Source: Paraspadella gotoi (lineage: Eukaryota > Animalia > Chaetognatha). Taken from it: a stretch of 64,000 nucleotides of DNA. The notes beneath the pieces were generated by a model that was not told the origin of the DNA, searched no databases, and worked only from the letters and a program-made list of their open reading frames with translations. Position numbers and translations under genes: made by a program. Positions 57,301 through 64,000 of the stretch are shown here, piece by piece. The stretch covers positions 14,529,396 to 14,593,395 of the forward strand of contig CM119268.1 of the NCBI GenBank assembly GCA_051294375.1. Direction: 5' to 3'. How positions within the stretch are numbered: position 1 is the first letter of the stretch; every line of letters starts with the position of its first letter.

Positions 57301-60300
57301 CAACCCAAATATTTAAAAAAATTTAAGTTAAAGGGGAAAACTAACTAGTAACGATTAGCATTTACGTTCGGTAATATTCTTTAATTGAGGCACTTTAACC
57401 ATATGGCCGAGCGAGAAACACCGAAAATTTGGGTTCAAAAAGGAGGCGAGCGCCTCGGAAACTGTTTTTTTCTCCTGCCGCTCGTGCGTGCATAAAAACT
57501 GGGCTGGGAGTAACCGTAAAAATCAGCGCACGTGCGCAACCTGCTGCACACCGGAGCAGCAACTTTTCAGGAGCGAACGGGATGTATTCTCGATCCCAAC
57601 TTATCTTTCGAGGGGTTAACCTTTGCCACCGTGGATCCTCGATATATGACCTCGAGGTCAATTTTTTTTATTTTCATAAAAAACCAAATGAATATCACTT
57701 GGGGATTAAAAAAAAAAATACATCGGATTCCGATTTCAAGTAAGAATCTGCAAAGCTCGCGATTCCCTTAAGAATCCAGACAAGTTATGGAGCCAACAAA
57801 AACTGTGTCCTTCATATAAAATGCAATGAAATCCCGCAAAACCGAATAAAAAATCTAGTGGTTCCCACTGGAATCCAAAGAAAATCCCCTCCCTCCAAAA
57901 ACAATCAAACCGAAACCTTTCAAGCATAAGCGTAGCACTCCACTATTCCCTACCCAGTGTACCCACTCCACTCCACTCCACTCCACTCCACTCCACTCCA
58001 CTCCACTCCACTCCACCTCCCAATAGAAAAAACACACAAATCCCCGCAAGGTTTTCTTTATTTCTTCTCATCGATTCAATTCTCGTTCCCAATCCCCTCA
58101 TCCGATTTCGTCAGTCGGAAGTCCTTCCAAGGTTTTTCTTTCTTTTTCTTTTTCTTTCCTTCTTCCATCTCGAACTCTTCTTTCTCTCATATGTTTTATC
58201 GTTTCCTAAGAGGTTTCTTCGTTTTTCTCTCCGAGCATCGCTTTTCATCCTCCTTTGACTTCCGCGTTCTTCCCTTTCATGAGAGTTTCTTTTTATCCCC
58301 ATTCTTTCCTTTTTTTCCCTCTCTCCTTTTCTTTCCTTTTTGTCTCTCCATTCTTTTCAAAAAAGTTTCAGTCTTTTCAAGCTTATCTCCTTTCACCCGC
58401 AAACCACCATTGTCGTCGTCCTTTTTAAAAAATATTTCCTTTCCTCACATTTTTTTTTGGGGGGGGCGGAGACACATTCTAATATCTTTTTTTTTTCTCA
58501 CTCTTTTATCCACATCATAATCAACGAAAATCTATATTCGAGCGAGAGGCACGTTTTTTTCTTTCGATCTTCCTTTTTCTCCTTTTTTCTCACCGAAAAC
58601 TTAAATCCCCGGCACGTGATAGCAAAAGCTTAACCTCAGACAATGCTTTTTATATCTTAAATCTCTCATCAGGGGCGGAAAAAAAAACCCAAGAAATGTC
58701 GGTCTAAAAAAGGTTAAAACTCTCCCCGGCCTCTCCCCCAAACAAACCACCTTACCCAACTGGTTGTCCACGTGAAGGATTCCAGATTTTTCCCTCCGCT
58801 TAAACTTGACCGAATGCCATTCCCCGTCGTTGAACTTTTTGCCCGCTTTGGGAGAAAGGGTCGCAACTCCTGATCCCAAGTCGTACTGATACAGCAGAGA
58901 TCCGTTCTCCATGGAGAGAGACATGAAGTCTCGCTGTTGGGGGAGAGGGGAATTTTTTTCGCGTGGGGGGTTGAGGTGGAGGAGTTTGGGGGGGGGGTAG
59001 TAGGCGTCCGTGGAGACGAAGAAAGGGAGGAAAGTGAAAGAGGAAAGATGATACATGCGGGTGACGTTCGTTGGAGGAGATCGAAAGAGATTTTATCGGA
59101 AAAGAAAAGGAAAATAGAAGGGAAGGCATGGATAAAGAAGATAGAAAGGAAATAGAAAAAAGGGGGGAAAATAGGAAAGAAGGGAAGGGGGGAAGAGGGA
59201 AAGGTGTAAAAGTTAAAAGAAAACGAAGGAAAAAAATGGAAGGAATGCGAAAGAATTGGAGGGCAAGGAAGGAAAGTGAAAAAGTTCAACAGCGGGACAC
59301 GAGTAAAAAAAAAATATGAAAAGAATAGGGAAAGTAACAAAAAGATGGAATCGGGGTTGAGAAAGTCGATCGGGTGAGGGCCGGGGAAAGGAACAAAATA
59401 TGAATTGAGAATTAAATATTAAGGCGGGCCAAAATGTAAAACTTTTTATAATGAGGAATAATCCAAAATTCTTTTCTCTTTTGATTTTTACTATCATTTT
59501 TTAACTGGTATAACATTGAAGCATTTAATTATTTATCAAAATTTTATTATCTTTAAGGGATACTCTAACATTATTTATATTACAAAACTCTTAGTTTTTA
59601 CTTTGTTCTGCCTTATTGAATATCCGATTCCCTTTTTATATAAAACAAAATGGGGAAAATGAAACTTAGGTCTTTTTCAATATTGTTTTTAAATTTTCAC
59701 AAGATTGACGTCACATTTGATTTAAACATACAGTTGTTTCCCTTTTTCATTTAAATTTATTTTTCTCTGGATGTCGATAATAACATTATGGGGTGTGTGT
59801 GCTATCTTTTTTATATCGTGATCCTTGTTCTATTTTCATAAAGAATTCATTTTTTGAAAAGCTTTTAAAATAAAACCTACTTAAAACACTATGGTGCACT
59901 ATTCCTCTAGATTTTAAAAAATTAGACGAAAAACAAAAGTCCAATTTGTTTTTCGCTAAGACTATAAAAACAAAAAACAAATTAATTCATAAATCAAACA
60001 AAATCGCCTCCTAGTGGGATCCCGAGAGACGTAACAAATGTTCTATTAATATTTTCTATAGGTAAAAAGGGGAAACCACAACAAACCATAAAATAAAAAA
60101 AGAGCAAACGAAGGGGGACATGTTGGAAAAAGGGGGAAAATGTGCTTCTCGGAAGGTGAATTTGGTTCTCGAAATAAAATCGGTCTGGCACAGTTAATCT
60201 TCAAAGTTGGCGAGTGAAATGTCATTTTTCACCGAGTGTGCGATGAAAACTTAACAAAAAAAAAAAAAATAGGGTCGGAGCAGTTTGAATATCGGCACCA

Positions 60301-63300
60301 CCCAGACGCTTCGTGTTAGTTGTGATTTAATTCAGGCAAATTAATCTGCAATCACGATTCAAAGGTTGAAAAAAATTTTTTATTGTTATTTCAAATTTTT
60401 AACTTACTTCGTGACCATCCTACATTTTCAAATTTTTATTTAAAGAAAAAAATGAAATTTGTTGATTAATAAATCCAAAAATAAAAATTAATGTTCCTTC
60501 CCTTCACAAAAAAAAGGTGTTTCATTAATTTTAAATGCGTTTCTATTTATAAATGTGCTACGTAAATCACTTCACCTGTTTATGTTAAAAGCATCTTCAA
60601 ATTAACCCAAGGAACGAAAAATTCAATACAAGAGGATGCTGTTTGTGAACTTATTTCAAATTTCAAGCCTATGAGTGAGTTTGACGGCCATAGCCTTTAC
60701 GTAAATTACGTAATTTACGCACATCGGTTAGTGGTCAAAATATTTTTTTAATCTAAATTATTTTTAACTGGCTATGTCCGATTTTGTGTCCAAATTCTGC
60801 GAGCAATTAACATTTTATAAACGTCAATTATTATTTTCATTGCTTAAGTGTAAAAAGACAAACTAACAAAAAAAACTCCAAATCAAAGTGACAGTGCTAA
60901 ATCAATTCTCGCGTAGGGGCGCCTTCCCGGCATCGTGGCATATTTACATACCACCGACTTTGGGGTAGCAAAAAAAAAAACGGGCGATTTTCAAAGAAAA
61001 AAGATGGGCGGGGAGGGTAAAGCTTTAGAATTGAGATTTGTTGTTTGTCGCGTCATTCAAACATCGAAGCCGTACGAATAGGCAGGCGATGGGGGAAAAA
61101 AATCTTCGAGGCGTTTCATGCCAAAGCGATTACGAAGAACGGGGGGTGATGGCTGCGCAAGTGGGCCGACAGGGTAGCGCGAGGAGGGAGCGGTACTTTC
61201 TGGTGTACACTGTACCAACGCCGCAAGCCAAGTGAAGCAACTTGCTTAGACTTATTGAATGAAGTTTCGTTTTCAATGGTTAGGAGTATTTTAAAATCAC
61301 AATAATATTGATTAAGTTAACAAAAAGAAATTGGCGCAAAACACATTGTCGTATTGACAGCGATAAATTGTCATAAATCCGCGACCACCACCATCACTAC
61401 CACTACCACCACATTTTTAGAGCGAAAACCACCCTAGCGTCGAAACACTCACGTCTTTGCCGACGAAAAAGAGAATTCCGTCCTCGGCGTAGGTGCGGAA
61501 TCGGAGCACCACCTCCGAGCGACGACTCGGTTGAAAGCGGCGTCGGTTGAGAATGATGTAACCGTCTCCCTTGAACTGGACCGAGTCGGAGGAAGACTCG
61601 GGGAAGTCGCTGGGAGGGCGAACAAGGTAAGTCGAGAGCGTAAAGGTGAGGTGAGAGCAGTAGGTGAGTTCGGAAGAGTTGAAAAAAAAAGGCGAGGGAA
61701 AAACGGAGAAAGTCGTAAATTAATCGAGAATTTAAAAAAAAACCCAAAAAAACAAAAAGTTGCCGACGATGGGTTTTAATTACAAGAACACAGTCAATTA
61801 GCTGAAAACTGCATAAGTATGAGAGTAATTAATCTCGTCAATCGTTACAAATAGCTCGTTCTTGAAAGAAGTGGTTATTTTCTGACGCAAAAGACGTCAT
61901 TAGGATAAATCATTAAATTTCTATGATGAAAGATGGTAGTTATATATATTAATTACGTCTGATGAAAGGAGAAAATGGTAAGAAGGGAAAATATGGAGAG
62001 TTGGAGCTGGAAGGAAAAAAAGGAGAAAAAGATTTAAAAGGTGAATCAGAGAACGGAAAAGAAAGAAAAAAGAAAAATAACAGATGAAAAAAGAAAAAAG
62101 CGAAGTGGAGAGTGAAAAAAAAGTCGCGCTAACTGAGAAAAGACTTGTCGTTAATCGCTGCTAATCACTTACTGCCAATCAGATTCCCTGTTGGTCGCGA
62201 GAAAAAATAGAAAGTTATATTTGAGAGAATCTTCGCGTGCAAGATTGGAAAGTACGATGTATAGCGAAAGGATATTAATATTTAAACTGTACCGCAAAGA
62301 TTACGGTTAGTCCCAAATAAAAGTTCTAAACCCATCAAAAGTTTGAAACGCGCGATGCAGGATTAAATGAAAATTTAACTAGTGATAATTACGGTTTTAT
62401 TCTCAAGCAATTTGCATGCGCCTCTTATGAGCATCATGCCTGAAAAATTAAATTATTTATACAAATTTCCTAAAGAAAAATCTCGCGTCGGTTTTTTTTT
62501 TTTTTTTAAAGCGATATCTACGAAATACAGGATAGCCCCCCGTCCAGTCAGGGAAACTCACCCTTCTTGACAGGGAGCCAAGTTTTCGCCCTGCACGAAG
62601 TTCCAGAGTCCGACGGGATACTGAAGGAACTTTAATCTTTCAATGCAGCCGTCAAACCGTCGATTTACAATCTCCCGCGAGATCTGAAAAATGAATGATG
62701 ATAAAATTAGTTACCACGCCTACCGGGCGTCGCATATTTATATTTAAACGACTGAAGAATTACTTATTAATATGCTCTATCCAAACATGACTATGTTCAA
62801 AATCCTAACTCAAAACTTACGATGGACGTAGCAGGGATTCCGCCCACGTAAAGCTTGGTCGTCTGCCGAGGAAGATCGAGCACTCGGGAGTCTCCCTGCG
62901 CTTCGCCCGTCGCCGTCTGAGGTCCCTGGTCCTTTGAGAGCACGATGACTTTTCCGCGATGCTGGTCCCTGTTTGGGAAGTAGAGAAGTGCATCGGATGA
63001 GATCTAAACCAACAAAAAACAGCCAAACGTCCCTACACAACTTGCTCGAGAGTTACCTCTCCGCCCGAACTTGATGCCAGCTTCCATTGGCGAAGTTTTG
63101 TCCGTCGCAGCAGGCGACGGAGGCGGGTCCGCTGCCGAGGTCGTACTTGAAGACCACCTGCCCGTTGTCCAGCTCCAGCGACATCCAATCCTCCTTCCCT
63201 GCGATTTTCGTGCCGTCTGGGCCGAGGTAGAGGAGCAGACCGTTTTTGGAAGTCGTTCTGGGAAAGTAAGAAGTTTGATTGAATGACTGATTGATTTTAT

Positions 63301-63609
63301 TTATTAAAATTATGAATTCCGCTCAATAAATTAAAAAGAGTGACTGATTGATTGATTGAGCAAAGTGGATTGATTGATCATAAAAGATTACATTTTTCTC
63401 CGTCTTTGCCGATCTTACTTGAAGGAAATCTCCATCTTGGATCGAGAGGCCAACGCCTCCAAATTGGGCGTGGTCCTCAGCTGCAGCGTCGTCCTTCGTT
63501 CGAAGGTCATGCCGACCTTGATACGGTTCGAAATCTCCCGCGCCAGTTCGATCTTTTCGCGGAGGGCGGTGATGTTGGGGGCGATCTGGTTGGCCTTCAG
63601 AGTGATGCT
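49033..63609 (-). CDS. LAMA3/5: Laminin alpha chain (alpha-3/5 type), 3' part: end of coiled coil, LG1-LG3, linker with FN3, LG4-LG5; the 5' part lies beyond the window
   Basis: Phase-consistent GT-AG exons: 63609-63419 (LREKIELAREISNRIKVGMTF), 63257-63057, 62968-62821, 62683-62562, 61609-61453, 58933-58756, 57200-56992, 55693-55538, 55454-55254, 55172-55030, 54957-54485, (53771-53712), 53281-53174, 53096-53003, 52910-52658, 52451-52329, 52254-52165, 52083-51998, then terminal exons at about 50178-49033 (frameshifted in this copy). LG motifs include GLLLY, YDLGSG, NDGxWH, YxGG and FxGC. Confidence 0.92.
50478..51081. mobile_element. Second copy of the foldback MITE, in the duplicated segment
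   Basis: Same TIRs and TTGGAGAG TSD as 41050-41651. Confidence 0.85.
51960..51984. other. Assembly gap (25 N)
   Basis: Run of n inside a laminin intron. Confidence 1.
57965..58020. repeat. (ACTCC)n pentanucleotide microsatellite in a laminin intron
   Basis: About 10 tandem units. Confidence 0.9.
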
Positions 63610-64000
63610 CTGTGGGAGAGGAGCGAGTGGTTTGTTAAGTGTCCGAATGGATCGTTTTTACTTCGTGAAAAAAAAATCAAATGATGTTTTAAAAAATTTG
63701 AAAATGATTTTTTCCGTTTGTATATTACTAATAATCAACTGAGGCTTTTTATAAATATTCCGATCATCATCTTTATAATAATAGTATAATTTAAAAATAA
63801 TTTCAAGAAACGATATCATCTAGCTTCATCGCGAAAAAATAAAAAACACCAAAAAACAAAAAAAACTAAGCAGATAACGCCATTATTGGGAGGACAAAAA
63901 AGTGTCAACAAAAAACATTTATGATCCTCGGAGGATAATTGGTTTCCGCTCGATGCAACGAACGGAAAGGATAAAGAAAAACGCAACTCGGATAAACTCA

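Overview
AT-rich, intron-containing animal (invertebrate) genomic DNA with many (AG)n microsatellites and a 25-N scaffold gap at 51960-51984. The minus strand carries five paralogs of a small (134-146 aa) four-transmembrane protein family that I cannot assign to a named family, two tandem C2H2 zinc-finger genes, and the 3' half of a laminin alpha-3/5-type gene (end of coiled coil plus LG1-LG5). That laminin has an unexpected fibronectin type III domain spliced in between LG3 and LG4. Region 31057-42362 is repeated at 42380-51776; the second copy is rich in 1-bp indels and is probably another haplotype or a long-read gap-fill artefact. The main finding is two diverged non-coding mini-LTR retroelements (21357-22091 on +, 35785-36560 on -) with 4-bp TSDs and a tRNA-Trp primer-binding site. 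Each LTR holds a covarying, circularly permuted (type P5) twister ribozyme fold whose P1 is reduced to an 8-nt near-palindrome, suggesting an animal LTR retrozyme built on twister rather than hammerhead. Also present: a foldback MITE with an 8-bp TSD, Helentron/DINE-like ends, a 322-bp tandem insertion and an orphan TWIK K2P channel exon. All calls come from manual reading; no database search was run.
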